Assembly: GCA_002633005.1 (NCBI GenBank)
Contig: NMRA01000261.1
Span: 62,001 to 126,000, forward strand
Source: Phoronis australis
Lineage: Eukaryota > Animalia > Phoronida
Length of the DNA stretch: 64,000 bases
Direction of reading: 5' to 3'
Part shown: piece after piece, positions 1-14,089 of the stretch
Layout of the letters: each line of letters opens with the position of its first letter
How positions within the stretch are numbered: position 1 is the first letter of the stretch
Program-made: the position numbers and the translations under genes
The notes under the pieces: generated by a model
Databases searched by the model: none
What the model was told of the DNA's origin: nothing
Seen by the model: only the letters and a program-made list of their open reading frames with translations

Positions 1-64
1 CTGTTATGCATTAGCATAGTTTGGAACATGCAAATACATCTTTAAGGTTTATGCAAATTAGCTT

Positions 65-194
65 CTAGTCCAAGTTTATACTTGGTGACCCCTAGCTTCA
101 AACTACGACCTTGTGATTTTGAGTAAAATCTCAAAAATTCAGACTCGGAACTTTAAGCCTTAATGCTGGGGTCATCAAGTGCAAACTAGGATTA
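65..194. repeat. Inverted-repeat hairpin / MITE fragment
   Basis: tagtccaagtttatacttggtgacccctagc pairs imperfectly with gctggggtcatcaagtgcaaactaggatta. Confidence 0.55.
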
Positions 195-1144
195 AATAGT
201 TATCCACATACGCCATTCTGTACTGGAACACAGAATAACAGGCACTTAATCCTGAGTAGAGTAGAAAATGTCAAAAACAATTTCCATTTCAACCCCGGGT
301 CAAAGAGTATATCAACAGTTTCTTCATGTGATTTACCCATCTCGTGTTATTAAAATTTATTTGATGCGAAGATGGCTACTTATTGACCGATTCCTCAATG
401 CACTTTCTCTGTTCTCCTAGCCTTTGTTGTCAACTCTAACTTTGAAGTCTTTCAATCGATTTCGTCAAGAAACGCTGCTCTCAGCGCTTTTGTTCTTCAG
501 TGATGGTCATGATGGCAGTGAGATGATATAAAGGAAGGCTAAAATTTGGGACATTATAAGACACAGACACAGGACACAGATCTACACACAAGCAACTATA
601 CATCAACTCCCAATCTGAGGCGGAAAGATTCAACAATGCATTCACACTCACAAGGTAGGAATTGATTTAGGTTTAATCAATTCCAAACTACCTCCACAAG
701 CTGGTTCAGGTTTTGAACCTATGAAAAACTATTTTAAAGTTAAATCCTTCCAGCAAAAGCAGCAGCAAGATGTGGGATTTTTGTTCTTCCAGTATTAGTA
801 AATTGTCAGGGGAACAGAAAGTAACAGAAAATGTATCTCTGAGATAAAGTATTACGAATATGCAATGTCATCAAAAACGGTTGCATTCCCCTCCAAACAA
901 TTCCACAGCAAAGAATGGATTGTTGGAAGTTGAATGAGCTGATCAGAAACCAGGAGATGGTTTTACAAACTGAAAGTGACTGTGCATTAGAGATAACATA
1001 GATCAAATGAGAAACGCCCTGTTGTGGTTTGAATGTGTGGTGCTCCAGACTGGACTGTGACAGAATGATACAAAACCAGTAGCCAAGTAGACTAAAGCTA
1101 CACATCAACAAGACAGCTTACACATGACCCTGAACACTCCTGCC

Positions 1145-2110
1145 CACATAAGCACCCACACTCTACTTTTGAAGCATGTTGGATTAAGCGCCCAGTGGTG
1201 GGCTAAGGGTCAACACTCTAACTTCTGAGAATTTTCAATTATTTTTCAATTAAGCGGCCACTGCAGGAGTCAACATCCTTCCAAAATTTACTCCGCCAAA
1301 GTCATTTTCAAACCAGGAGGCAGGAAGGTGCGCTTTCAAATGTGGAAACTAGATCAATTTCGAGCTAAAATAGACAATTATGGTCTACAGTCAGCGAAAG
1401 ACTCTCATTCCTTAATTTTCAAAAAAAACTTGTCCTTTCTCACAATTTTAAGAGCTAAATCCCGGTCCTGGTTACCTCTGGAAGTGACAAGAATGACGAG
1501 GGCACGTGACACATTTCTGTGGCTAACCTATATTTTTCCATATATGGCATGTATTCAGTGCCAAGGGAGCAAACTCCAATCACGCAATAATGGAAATCCA
1601 GAGCATAATTTTTTGAGGCTTTAATTTCATGCAAAATTAATTATTGAATACCTTAATAGCATATGTCGCACGTTTTGCAAGTGAAATTTGCATGGCATCA
1701 TTCCCACACATCAAGACTTCATTCGATCACCACCTCAGTTGTAGATTTATCATCTTTGATGACTTTCATGGGATTTATATGGCGCGTTAGTCCAAGAATT
1801 TTGTTAGGTATTGTTAAGGTGTATTTTCTCCTTTTTCAAGCTGCACTCAAGAGCAATGATTCAACCGTGGCATGTTGCATAGGCAACTGTAGTAGCCTTG
1901 CAACAAATTCTTTCAACTTTGGGTTGGTGGATCATAGGTGTCCAGGGAGACTGTCTAGTTCAGGTCAAGCGCCCATGTTTGGGTATGTTTCCTATCCTTA
2001 TTTCTTAAAACATACGACTTAAACACTCATCTACGGGTTAAGCGCACACCCTCCAACTTCCAGGCTTGCCATTTTAAGCGTCCAGGGTGTTGCGTAAATA
2101 TTTACAGCAT
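1145..2110. mobile_element. Degenerate DNA transposon with (T)AAGCGCCC subterminal repeats
   Basis: Clusters of taagcaccc/aagcgccc/aagcgcac at both ends; right end taaatatttacagcata. Confidence 0.4.
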
Positions 2111-5100
2111 ATACACGTAGCTCGGAACCACTTTCTAAACAAGGAATTGCTGCATGATCAAAATATTCAACCACATATTTTTAAAACTCCAGTTGAAATT
2201 TAAAATTGTGTAGTACAACCAGAACAAAACTTTAGACGCCACTGGGGAGCTGGCTGATTTACACCAATAACCAGGGAGTAAGTACACATGCCAGGCACAT
2301 CACTTGAACAGGTTATAATGCATCAGAGGAATATGACAATATACTGATTGTCACATAGTGCATTTTGAGAGCTAGAATTCACCACAAATTGTGTTTACAA
2401 AGACAGCGAAATGAAACGTGCAAGGTAATATGTAACCAATTTCCAACAGAAGTAATTGCCAAATTGACCTTTTCTCATCTTTCAAAGGCTTTGTAAGTTC
2501 TTACATCTTTACGATTGCCCGCAAATTCCAAAAATATTGTCTCGTAGTAGTTATGGTATGGAACTTAAATTTCATGAAGCTGTTATTTTATTGATACGGA
2601 ATCCCTTTTAATATGCTGAAAATGGAAAACTTCACTTGTCGGCCATGTTACGCGATTTTACCATGGCAATTTATTGGCATTATTTGAAAACTACAAATAC
2701 AATCTTACACACTCAGAAGCAAAAATGCCCGCTGTATTGCTATATACATGCTTCTTTACATTGTAACAAGAAACACAGATACCCTTAACTAATTTTCAGT
2801 GTTCTCCTCAACACCAAATTAAAACTCAGAATGATTACAAACTTTATGAACACATTGGAAAGTCCAAGACCATACTTTGAATTAGTGTGTAACAACCTAG
2901 GAGTCAGTACACTGAACTGTTGCTAAAATGTCCTGTTTTGTTTACAAAAATCTTCTTTAATAAGTTCAAGATTGCAGCATTCAAACTCAACATAGCAGAG
3001 CCTAACTGGTCAAAACACAATGCTGTGGTTAAGCTGATGATCCAAACCAGGTTGTATTGTGGGGAATACTGGCTTACTTTTTTAAGCTTGTTACAAATCT
3101 GTGAAAAGCTATTGTAAAGTTAAATCTTCATTGTTATATTTTATTGCAAGTTTCACAAGTCCAAAGCAAATATATGTTCACTTAAGTGTCTCATAATAAG
3201 GATAGGTTGGACCTTAGAAAAATATCCAAATTTGGTAATCTTCGGAACATTATATCCCAGAAATGGATAATTGGATTTATAATCTGACACTTTCAGATAC
3301 CTTGCTTTATTCAATGACTGCTCTCCAAAATGCCGTTACGAATTATTTTCAAAATGTTCACTTTAACATGAGGGGCTATGAATAACTAGGATTCTATTTT
3401 CACAAAAAGTTACATAAAACGAATACAAAATAATTTAGAAAACTATAGCACTGCGTTTGAGATTTCATCCTGAGCATTCACATTAAACTAAATTTGATCA
3501 TTTTATTGATACCAGTCTTTTGCTATGGATGCATCTATTGTCTTTTGCTAAATTTTACTATTTTGAAACAGCATTTCAGGTGACATGATCAATTACAGAT
3601 TGGTATAAAGCCAATTGTCGAATTCTACACGCTTTGTACTTTCAGAAAACATATTTTTACAGAGTTAAAATCTATAATTGTGTAGATATTTGGCAAAATT
3701 CACAAACTGGTCGATAATGTCTGAGGGTAATTCTTCCCTGATTTAGCACACAATACCATTGACAAGTGAACTTGTATTTCGTTAAATTTCTTGACAAAAG
3801 TAAAGATTAAGAATATTTTAATCTCTTACAAGCATGGATTGTAAAGTGTAGATGTAAAAAAAATTTGCTGAAACTGGCATTACTCGCAAAATGGAAAGTT
3901 ACCATTTTGGCAAATACTTTTGCGCCAAGTTTGGTTATGGCACTGCTCTGGTGGGCGTCTTCCTCAAGTCACAACTAAACACACCTTCTTCACTGACACC
4001 TCACTGAGGTACACGCTGTATGTTTGTATTCAATTTCATTGGCTTAGGGGGTTAACACAAATCAGTTGTTCGTTGAAGTAAAAAAACACAGAATTTACAT
4101 GAGCAAGACAACCACAGCACATACTTACCAAAAACTTTACAGGTATGAAACAAGTCAGGCAAGGAGTTTGATGAAAACATGAAAATTGTGAATCTCGCAT
4201 TACTCAAACTAAAAACCAGGTCACACAATAATTGTGAGAAGACTGCTATTAAAAGCGGAAAAATCATTCAAGTAGTGCATTCACAAGATTTAGTGACCAG
4301 TAAACATCTGAGGTGCATTAATTACCAAATGTAAGACAGTTGTCAGACACCTTTAAAAACTTTTTCCCATAACGCAACATTCCAGCCTCTCCTGAGGCGG
4401 CCATTTTGATGGTGCATGTTAGTATTTATTCTCCAGCTTATTTGCGAAACGTTCCCTTTCATTTCCACAATATTGCCAGGTCTTGCTCTATGGAACTGAT
4501 GCACTCCAGGTTTGAGTCATGTAGTTAATTCAGCATAGGGTAAACCAACAGGTCAAACTAGTTCAGCTCCACCAAGAGGTCAACAAATACTGGTAATTAC
4601 CTGAGGGACAAAGCACTTCAAATGATAATTTAGGGGTCATGGCAAGCTCACAAAGCTCCTGAATACTGTAATACTGACTGAAAAATCTCAACTCAGAGTA
4701 ATCCAATACAAATCTTTGCCAACATTAACATTCCACAACTCAACCATCTGAAGACATAAGAAGGGAGGTTAGCAAGCCTGGTTCAGTCTCACCAAACCCT
4801 ATAGCTTACCATAGGTATTCATCTTACGGTTGTACATTACACCTACAGGCATTTCATCAAGTTGATTTATTACTTTATGTCTGGACAACAAACATGAAAT
4901 GTAAAAAGCCAGAGATCACCATCTTAAGTCCATGTAATGAAATTCATATCACAAGACTGGTGAGCCAGGTCTACTTGGAAACAAACAAATTCTTTTAGAA
5001 CAAAATGTTGTTTGTGAATTTTTGAACATTAAAATGCTCAGCAAGGACCCCACGCTCTGTCACAGACCACTTACTGTTATGAAATTGGTCTCAAAATTGT

Positions 5101-5189
5101 TCCTCAGTCGAATTGCAGGCGATTTCAAAACTTCAGGAAAAAATTACATCTTGTCATTGCTTGAAAAAAGAAATAATGAAAGCGCTCCG

Positions 5190-5500
5190 AGGAGCGAACC
5201 TTGGCGAAATTAACCAAAAAGATGACGATAAAGATGATGACAAAGATGACGAATATGACGGTGATGGTGGCGAGGATGAACAACAGAAGTAATAATAACA
5301 TACACATGACGAACGTATGTATAAGTCCGAAATTAGTAAGAAAAAGGATACAGTCTTGTGCGACACTTGGCGAAATTAACGGAAAAGATAACGACGGAGA
5401 TGATGACGAAGATGATGACGATGATGACAAATATGATGATGGTGGTGGCGATGATGAACAACATCACAACATTCATATGACGAACTTAGATGTCATAAAT
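5190..5500. repeat. (GAT/GAC)n microsatellite in a two-copy ~177-bp duplication
   Basis: cttggcgaaattaac plus GAT run plus gatgaacaac...catgacgaac occurs twice. Confidence 0.8.
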
Positions 5501-8500
5501 CAATAAGAAATAGACTACAGTCTAGTTCAATAGAAGATAAACCAACATCAAAGCAGCAAGAGCGCTCAACAAAGGAACAGCGTTATCAGAAAATCTNGTC
5601 GTGTTCATGCGTCCGTGCCCGTGTTTATGAGTCCGTTGACCGTGTAGTTTAGGTACCTTCATAGTACTAGCAGTGATCTAAATGAAGATGGCTTTATCTG
5701 TACTCAGTGATGCTTACTATGAGAGAATTCTTCACAATCGCACAACATCCACTTCCTTTAACTCACACTCACTCAAGACACAAATAGGCAAGCGACAACT
5801 GGCAAGTCAGTTGTATGGCCAGGGGGGAAGAAGTGGAGAAACTAGATTCATAACTACTCTGATCTCACAAGTCAGAGTTCACAATCTAAACAACAGCATC
5901 ACACTGACCTCCCCTCAATGTAAAATGAAACTTTGTTCACATCGTGGTATTAATTAATAACATTTTGTATTGTCAAAGTGGGATGGACAGATGGCATTTG
6001 ATAAGGGGTTGGTGAAAAGAGGAACATTCAGGAACATAATTTGTTTGCTCTGGTTTTGTAATTTTGTTTTGTTCACTGGCATAGACTTATTTCAATGCCT
6101 GGTGACACATGACATTGTGAATACATATCAGAGTGGGTTTGTACTAGTGCTAGTTATACAAGAAGATAAAACAGACATTCTGAGCTCTACATCTTGCACT
6201 GAGACATTGAAATATAAGTACATATTTGATAAGTTTTCAATTTTTGTGGTGAAATATTAAAAAGTAAGGTTTTGAAGCAAATACTTGCAGAAATTCATTT
6301 CGACGACTTATTAGGTTTTCGTGCTTTTCCTTTAAAATACAGCTGCAATGTCACAGCTGTGTTTTAGCTACTGAGAAAGACATTCACAGTGTTGGGAGAT
6401 ATACAAAAGTTCCTGAAGCTAAACAACAAGTTTGTGTACATGTTCAGAGACCTAAAAGTGCCAACTTAAAACAAGTTGGACATCTTTGAATACGTCAATA
6501 ACCTCTAACCCCTACCATGAACAACGCAGAACAATACCAAGACTTATCTTGCCTCATTTCACAACTAAAATTATCTATTTCGATACACACACACACATCT
6601 GATCAAATCGAATTAATACTCACCAATGAAATACATGCATGTAAGTGGGTGTGACTTATTCCAACAGTAATAGTTAATAGTGAAATTATCTGCTTGTAAC
6701 TGACATAATCTTCTCAACGCCTGCTTCAGACCAAATAGTTATGACCCTTTTGAATGAACAGTGACATAACGCAATCTTGACTGCATTAATCACCATTACG
6801 GAATTTCGGAATTCCGTTAGGAATTCTGCTCAGAAGAGCAATTATAATATGAACATGAATCTTAGTTTGAGGGATTTTGCTGATCAATTCTTGGCAAGCG
6901 TCAAAAAATGCCAGCGTTTAGCCAAGTAGGTAAGGTGTCCACAAAAAGGGCTCTTTCACCAAAATAACACTCTAAAACAATTTGCCAATCCATGGACTTG
7001 TGTCAATGACCTCCATGGTCAAACAGAAAACAAATAAGGCTGGAATAAAACCTGAAACCGAGTAACCAGAAAAGAGCTGGTCAGGAATTCCTTTTAAAGG
7101 AAGTTATGCCAGGAGACGCAGCAACAATGGATGTATCTAAGTGCTCTGTGTACCTAGGTAAAGAACAAGGTCTATGAACAAACATGCCATCAAACTTATG
7201 GGCCAACAATAGAGAGGTGAGATAAAGAGCCAGGAATACAATCACTTCAACAACTTGATAACAAACCAATGACTCATCTGTAGACATACAGACCTCTCAC
7301 AGACAAATCAACCGCATGAACAAAGTTGATATCAGCTCATACAACAGGTTTATGTGGTCGTGAAATTATTTAATAAAACATCAAGTCAATAAAAGCTAAG
7401 GGGTCAACAAGGATTGGTGTATATCAGTGCTATTTGACTCAGCAACAACACTCAACTGCACACTAATCTGTCATTATAAAGCCACATGACATAACATAAA
7501 TACTTCAAATTTTTTAGGAAAATTAATACATCAAGACCAAGTAGAAAATTTGTGTCCATAATTGTGAAATTAAGTGGATGACTTGTACAGACTGTCCAGG
7601 TGATGACAATGATCAACAACATATCAACTTGGTTTTAAAAGAGGATTACCGACCTTATGACACAGAACATTAAATTAGACACATTATCAGCACATTATTT
7701 ATCATTACAATGGCCATTACAGCAACGAACAAAATCAACTCTTCTCATACAGTTAATGGTTTCAAAACTTATTTTTGTCAATTTTTCTAGGCATTTCCAG
7801 GCTAATTAAAAGTCTGTACTCAATAAACAAAAACAAAGTGAGTAAACACATTCCAGACATTGTCAAGTGGTATGCTGAGACATCCACCAAGTGAACTCCT
7901 ACACAACACATACATGTGTAGAACAGTCCCAGAGGTACTAAATCAAAACCATCAAAATCTGGACAGGATCAATTTTTTGGAAAAAAAACAACAACAATCA
8001 TGTACCTCTGGCTAGAGGCAATACTGTAATGCAAAACCTGCTATAGACCATCTGTTCCATGGATCAAATTTCAGGAAACACTCGATATGGCAATGCAACA
8101 AAGACTTTTTAAAAGGAAATAATGGTACATCGATTTAATCACTTTATAGTAAGAATAGCAAGTGTGGGTATTGTGAGACTGAAGTGAGCTTCATTAGATT
8201 TCAAAGTATGACAGGTAAGCTGCATTACAAGAACAATAGCAGGAGGAAGTGAAAAATATTTCAGGGTCAAAGATTACAACTGTTTACATTATTAAACATG
8301 GAACTGGTGTTTTTCAGTTATGCGAACTGGGATTTCGACAAACTGTGTCTGCAAACACATATTTTGACCATACAGACAAGATGAAATGAAAAACAAGACT
8401 GACCCCAGACCACAAAACTTCATAGGTTGTTTCCCAAAACTCTTCACAAATTGTTCATTCAGCACGCAAGACTATGGCCTCTAAGGGCTCACACTGCAAA

Positions 8501-8959
8501 CGATGAGCTGGAATGCAAATGAGCTTAGCTCATACCTCACCTCCGAGTTAAAATGAACTGTAAGGATTTTGCCGCGTAAGGCTGGTTGGTTTTTTACCTG
8601 TTGTGCGAAAATCCTCACAACATACAGGAGAGATGAGAAAAGTGCTTAGCCAATTACCATGACTAGTGAGCGACCACTAGTATTTGACAACTCCAAAGTA
8701 TACTATATCCTGGTGATACAGATTGTCTCCTTTCTGGTGATGTGTACATTTCAGAAAATTAATTATCAATAGTAGATAACTTTGCACTTTCTTCAAATCT
8801 CCTACAACGTCAGCTCCAGCTCATTGAAGTCATTTCCATATGATGAGGCATGCATCTCAGAGTTACAGTTGAGATTCAACGAAGGTTACAGCTAAACAAA
8901 TATCAACCAGACACTAAATTCAAAAACTTGTTGCAAGATTCATTTTTGGATTTGAAGCA

Positions 8960-9310
8960 GGGACGCTTTAGGAGGCCATCTGTGTCTTTAATTCCTTCTA
9001 ACTCGAACAAATATTCCGTAATCAAACTTTTTTCCCAGCAGTCCTTCGATCAGTTGCCCCAATCGGCGGTAAAAGTGGAGTAAACAAGTCCCTCTTACAA
9101 ATGGCTATCGAGAATCAGTTTTCAATGAATAACGGCAATGTTCGTTATTCTGTGAAACTGGTTCCTGGTAGCAATTTTCAAGAGGGACTCATTTACTCCA
9201 CTTTACCAAATTGAGACATTGTCCCTCTATATATATAAAAGGTAATAATAGCAACTTGACTTGGATGTTTCAATCAGTGTGAGGCAAATTCACCGAAAAG
9301 CATCCCTGGT
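8960..9310. mobile_element. Interspersed non-autonomous element with an internal 140-bp hairpin; related copies at ~10850-11030 and ~13880-14046
   Basis: Shared gggac..ttaggaggc..tttaattccttc..atcaaactt..agcagtcc block; 9215-9306 is an inverted match to 13880-13965. Confidence 0.65.
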
Positions 9311-9864
9311 AAGGTCCTATCTGGGATTCTGGGGCCAGTCTACTACTACTAGCCAGGCGATTGTAGAGTAGAGTTTGGCATTGGTCGGATATAGCGGTCA
9401 ATGATTTTAAGAACCATTGTCATACACTTAATAAGGGGTCCGTTATTCAGTGATTGCCTGGTTTTCACAATCAGGGACCACTTTATCTGACCGGTGCCGT
9501 AGCAGCGGTGGTTTCGTAACAAGTGAAAAGTTTTCAACTCTTTTGTTTGTATTCTTGAATATCCTACTGGCTGAACTTGCTTGTGTTGGGAACCAACTAT
9601 ACAACCCAAAGGTCATAAATAGCTAAAGCAAAGGTGATGTATAATCTCACTCTGTGAGTGCGAGTCTGTGACTCACGGAATGTGCGATTGACACAGGACT
9701 GAATCATTGACATTGCATCTTAACTGCTGAATGAATTGAAAAGCGCTCGATAATCTTCAGTCTGTACTTCATACAGAAGTACAGCAGTTATATATACGTA
9801 TTAAATTTCACATTTAAATTAACAAACTTGAAATCAAAATCACATGGAAAATCACAACACATAC

Positions 9865-9990
9865 CTTTTCAAAATCTCAAAGCAAATCACGGTACACTCC
9901 TCCAATCGAACCAGCCAGACACCTAACCACCCTCCGATTTCAAATGGCTGTTACTTACAACGGAAAATACCCTGTGCGACGCTTTGAAAT
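9865..9990 (-). other. Putative non-coding first exon of a divergent minus-strand gene
   Basis: Strong donor GAAAAG|GTATGT at 9865, CpG-containing context; 1-10 kb shows strand skew opposite to CABIN1 introns. Confidence 0.4.
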
Positions 9991-10615
9991 ATCCCATGTA
10001 TAAGCAAATGAATTAAAGTCTGTAATTTATGACTATTCTGAAAACTTAAAAAATACTGCTGACTTCCACTCATCATTTGTCTCTTTTCTAATTTGTAACT
10101 AATTAGTACATACATTTGAATGTGTAAAAAGTAAAAGCCGGAATACCGCGGGGGAATACCCGGAAGCAGACAACTAGGTGAACAAATAAAAGACCACGGC
10201 TTGTACATTTCTTTTGTTAAGTTCAGACCAACCTCTGAAGTCAAATGTTCATTAATACTGGACAAAATTATATTTAAATGCATTTCACACTGTCTAAAAG
10301 CTGCTATGGCTGCGTTTTTGTTTGTTCAATTGTAGTAAACATGTGGCTACAGTATGATATACTTCACCAACATGAATAGAGAATAGATGCTCAGTTTGTC
10401 GGCGCGTGTTTTCGCGATGAAAGTGACTCAGGCTTAAGGAAACGAATAAAATGGTAACCATAAGGATTGAAAGTGCAATCTGGTCATGTTGATTATTTGT
10501 TTTGTACAGTATATGAAACTGTTCGAAAGTAACAAGGCCCGTTGTAAACTGCCCAGGGAGTTCTGCTCTGTGTCTTGGTCACTGTCACTCAAAGTCAAAG
10601 TCATGTAATGTCGAC

Positions 10616-10716
10616 GGCACTGGTCGGATAAAGCGGTCCCTGATTTTGAGAAAAGGCCCGTTATTCAGTGATCACCTGGTTCTCAAAATCAGGGGCCGCT
10701 ATATTAGACCAGTGCC
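10616..10716. repeat. Palindromic mini-MITE (second copy 9377-9498)
   Basis: ggcactggtcggataaagcggtccctgattttgagaa ... ttctcaaaatcaggggccgctatattagaccagtgcc. Confidence 0.75.
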
Positions 10717-11874
10717 CTTGTCGACTTTGCCTGAGTGATATTAGTGGACATGACAGTCCCATCCTCTCGACTGGCCCCAGTCGAGACTATGAAGTGTGAG
10801 ATAAAAAGCTTCTGGTGTATGTAGCCCCTATAGCTACTTCATTAGCTAGAAGCTTTTCGTCTCACAATGATTAAAAAATCATTCGGTCTGCTGATAAGTA
10901 CCTTTTGCGCATAGAGGGACACCTTAGCCTTAGGAGGCTAGTGTCTTTAATTCCTTCGAACTCGAACACCTACTCCTGTAATCAAACTTTTTTCGAGCAG
11001 TCCTTTGTCGAGTTGCCCAAATCGGCAACTGGCCAGTTTTAACGTCATATTTGCTGGTGTGCGTAGTGTAAAAAATGGCCACTTGCGGGACAGCCAACGT
11101 CGACAGTCTCCAAGTTGTCTTTCGATGCTGCCAGGGATTGCTAGCGGCAAAATTAAAGGTCAAATCAGCACAGTGGCGGATCTACGTTTTCAGTAAGGGG
11201 GGGTTTAGGATTCCCGCAAAGTTCGAATCCGAGGCGCGTGGCACTGAGCGGGGGGAGGTCGGGAGGGATGTTCCCCCCTACGTGTAAGACAATTTTGAAG
11301 CCAAATAGTGAAATTTCCATGCATCCTGGTAAGTTTCTGGCACTTAACATGTCTCTGGAGTTTTTCTTAAGATAATTTAAAACCCTTCTCAATTTCGTCA
11401 CATGAACTTGGCTCTTAAGTTTCGCGAAACCATGTTTGTGCACATCTGGGTATGAGTCACGCCACCAGCAAAAATTTTTGTTGGAACATCTGCTTAAACA
11501 CACCTTTTTTAGCATACGAGAAGTCGTATACGAAAAAGTGTGGTGTGTATACAGGGGTTTAGACAACTACCAAATATTCAAGCGCATAAGGAGCACCGAC
11601 GGGGCGTAAAAACTTGAATATCAGATGATCGCGTAACAGCAGCCTCAAGTTGTTTAAGAACGAAGACCTGTATTCTTACGAGAAAAACTGGCGAACGATG
11701 GTGCTCTCGGCTCATAGTCTGTTGTTAAAAGCGACAATTAACAATTAAGTATCACTTTATTAAGCTGAATCACGTTGACAACAATTGAAAAACGTCAAAT
11801 GTATCGGGAAACAAATCATCTGAAAACAGTTTCACGAAACCAAAACATTCTGTAGGCGTACACCGTGGTGAAAA

Positions 11875-12142
11875 GATATACAGGACCAGTTCGCAGTGGG
11901 ACCAGATGTACACTGAGAGTACACAAAAAGGCTGGCCTGGTCCGTCACGAGACCAAAAGTACACCTGTGCTTATTATCCTATAAAAATAGTCAATCTGTC
12001 ATGGGATCAAACAGTACTGGCCAAAGCACACGTTGGTAAAAAACATCACAAGACTAGTTCGCCGAGGGACCAGAAGTACAATGAAACCCAATATCTACAC
12101 AAATCAAGCTGGCCTGGTCCGTCGCAAAACCCAAAGTGTACT
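11875..12142. repeat. Degenerate tandem repeat inside the hAT element
   Basis: gggaccaga(t/a)gtaca and gctggcctggtccgtc units alternate with a period of ~180 bp. Confidence 0.6.
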
Positions 12143-12514
12143 ATGCAAAAAAATTTGAATTGAAAACTTCTCTCTAAACGCTTTTTAATCCCCAGTGGTT
12201 GCTCATGCGTGTATTTTACTCATCTGTGGTCAACTCAGCTGCGAGAGGTTGTCTAGGATGGGTTTTAGTACTCACTGGGAGAAACAAGTATGGAGTACAA
12301 ATTTAACTACGCACTACGTGAAATAGATTTTGGATATGAAGCAGATAGAACCAAGTGGAAATACAAACCAGAATCAGTTTCTGTGTGCTCGTAGACCCTT
12401 TGCTGTACTGGGTAAATTTGGGATGTCCAAAACTAATTTCTAATTCGTTTTCATTGTACACAAGCATAAAAAACCAACATTATATACAAACTGTGTAGAA
12501 TTATAACTTATTAC

Positions 12515-13130
12515 CTGTGTGTTTCTCCAGAAACGTTAGCCCTATCCTTCTGTTGTCTAGACTGCCGAGGAATCTGTATATCGGATCCAATGGTTTGCTC
12601 GTCTTGGGGAACCATTCTACCCAGAAATCTTCGATGTTTGTTCCCAACGCTTGCACTTCGTCAACTGCTGTGTCAATAAGCTTGTAAGCCTCTACAGCGT
12701 CAGCATCTCGTTTTGCAGCTCAGTTGGCACTAAGCCCCCTGAGGTTGCCAAGTCCATTCAAAAGACTTGCACGCGCAACTAAATTTGATCTGTTCATCAT
12801 GGACTACTTCAAACCTTGACGATGTTTCTGAACGTTTGAAACCCAAAGTACTATCATCAGATAAATGCCCATGGGCATGGGCGTTTCATCGGGTGGGACT
12901 TTCTGTGGAAATTCTCAGTATAGAAGACGGCAGTGGTGCTTATTGCAGTTAGACATACGGTAGGTGCTGATGTCGGAACTAGGGCTCCTCAGGAGGCCTA
13001 TTGAACATCGCACGAGTTCCGCAAGACTTTATTGTGAAAGTACAGCCTCCCTGCAATTTCTGGTACTGTACACTGTTCGCGAAGGCGGTCAATTTGTCAA
13101 TGTGAGTGCCCCCTTGGTCATTGCTTGTAG
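12515..13130 (-). pseudogene. Degenerate hAT transposase fragment (THAP12/P52rIPK/ZMYM1-like)
   Basis: Frameshifted pieces IDKLTAF..., SLLNGLGNLRGLSA/LQKRDADAVEAYKLIDTAVDEVQALGTNIEDFWVEWF and IQIPRQSRQQKDRANVSGE resemble recalled hAT motifs; multiple stops. Confidence 0.7.
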
Positions 13131-14089
13131 TGACATAAATTGTTAGAGTGCATCTTCGAACAGACTCGCGACCAGACCACGGCGCCTGCCACAATAGCAA
13201 TTCTTCGAAAAACGATTTTTTTTTCAAAAATATTACATGTACATGTACAGTACACTGTATGATTTTGCGCTAGACAACTTTACTATACACCTGTCAAATT
13301 CGAGTTACAAACGTGTGGAGTGTAATAGCATGACACGGCATGACAGATGAGATAAAAACGTTGCACGTCAATTCGCCTGAATATCAGGGTTGCGGCAACA
13401 CAGTATTTTCAAATCAAAACATATCTTAGAGTAAAGAAGCTAGTTACCTAAAGAAATTAGCTATAGAGCTGCTCTTTCAGCGGTGGATCCATCTAAAATG
13501 CTTGGCTACTTCAGAAGTATCGACGGAAGTGCGCACAATTGATCTCTGCGTGTTTTGCTGATGAGCCACGAAGAGTCGAAATGCGTTGATTTTCGTAACA
13601 GAAATTCACAATGCAAAAAATTATATTTTCAGAGTGAACCCCCCCTCAATTTTTTCCAAGTTGGTTTACTTAGGCTTTACACACGCTGGCGGTGCCGTTT
13701 TTGTTTTGCTGGTGACGTTTTTCTTTTCATTTTTGGGTCTTGGCCCAAGGAGGGCTTAAACCCCCTGAACCCCCCCCTTGTAGATCCGCCACTGCGACAG
13801 TGAGACTACATTGTAGACAGTGACCACCGTCTCTAGTTAAATTACAGACAATGGAGCTCCTAGAGGTGCTTCATACGCTGGAAGCTTTTCGGCAAATTAT
13901 GCCTCACACTGACTAAAACAACAAAGTCACATTGTTATAAATACCTGTTAAGCATAGAGGGACACCTTAGGAGGCTGTTGATATATTTAATTCCTTCCAA
14001 TTCAAAGAAAAACTCCTGTTATCAAACTTATTCTTTGAGCAGTCCCCAAATTTTACATTACGCTAACCAGGGGATATGACGTCATTGTT

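Larger units (their letters stand above)
11171..13794 (-). mobile_element. hAT-superfamily DNA transposon, degenerate
   Basis: Perfect 15-bp TIR CAGTGGCGGATCTAC/GTAGATCCGCCACTG with G/C-run subterminal sequence, and an internal transposase remnant; no clean 8-bp TSD. Confidence 0.75.

Noticed and set aside
1700-1950. Minus-strand LLQLPMQHATVES resembling a hAT dimerisation motif
   Set aside because: Too short and interrupted by stops to call without a search.
5125-5506. Asp-, Ser- and Met-rich ORFs
   Set aside because: Artefacts of the (GAT)n microsatellite; no supporting splice structure.
5597-5597. Single N base at a change in sequence character
   Set aside because: Ambiguous base or assembly join; no biological inference is possible.
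12515-12800. Minus-strand ORF continuing through an in-frame TGA (possible selenocysteine or readthrough) and ending at a donor-like site
   Set aside because: The peptide matches hAT transposase motifs spread over several frames inside TIRs; it is pseudogene decay.
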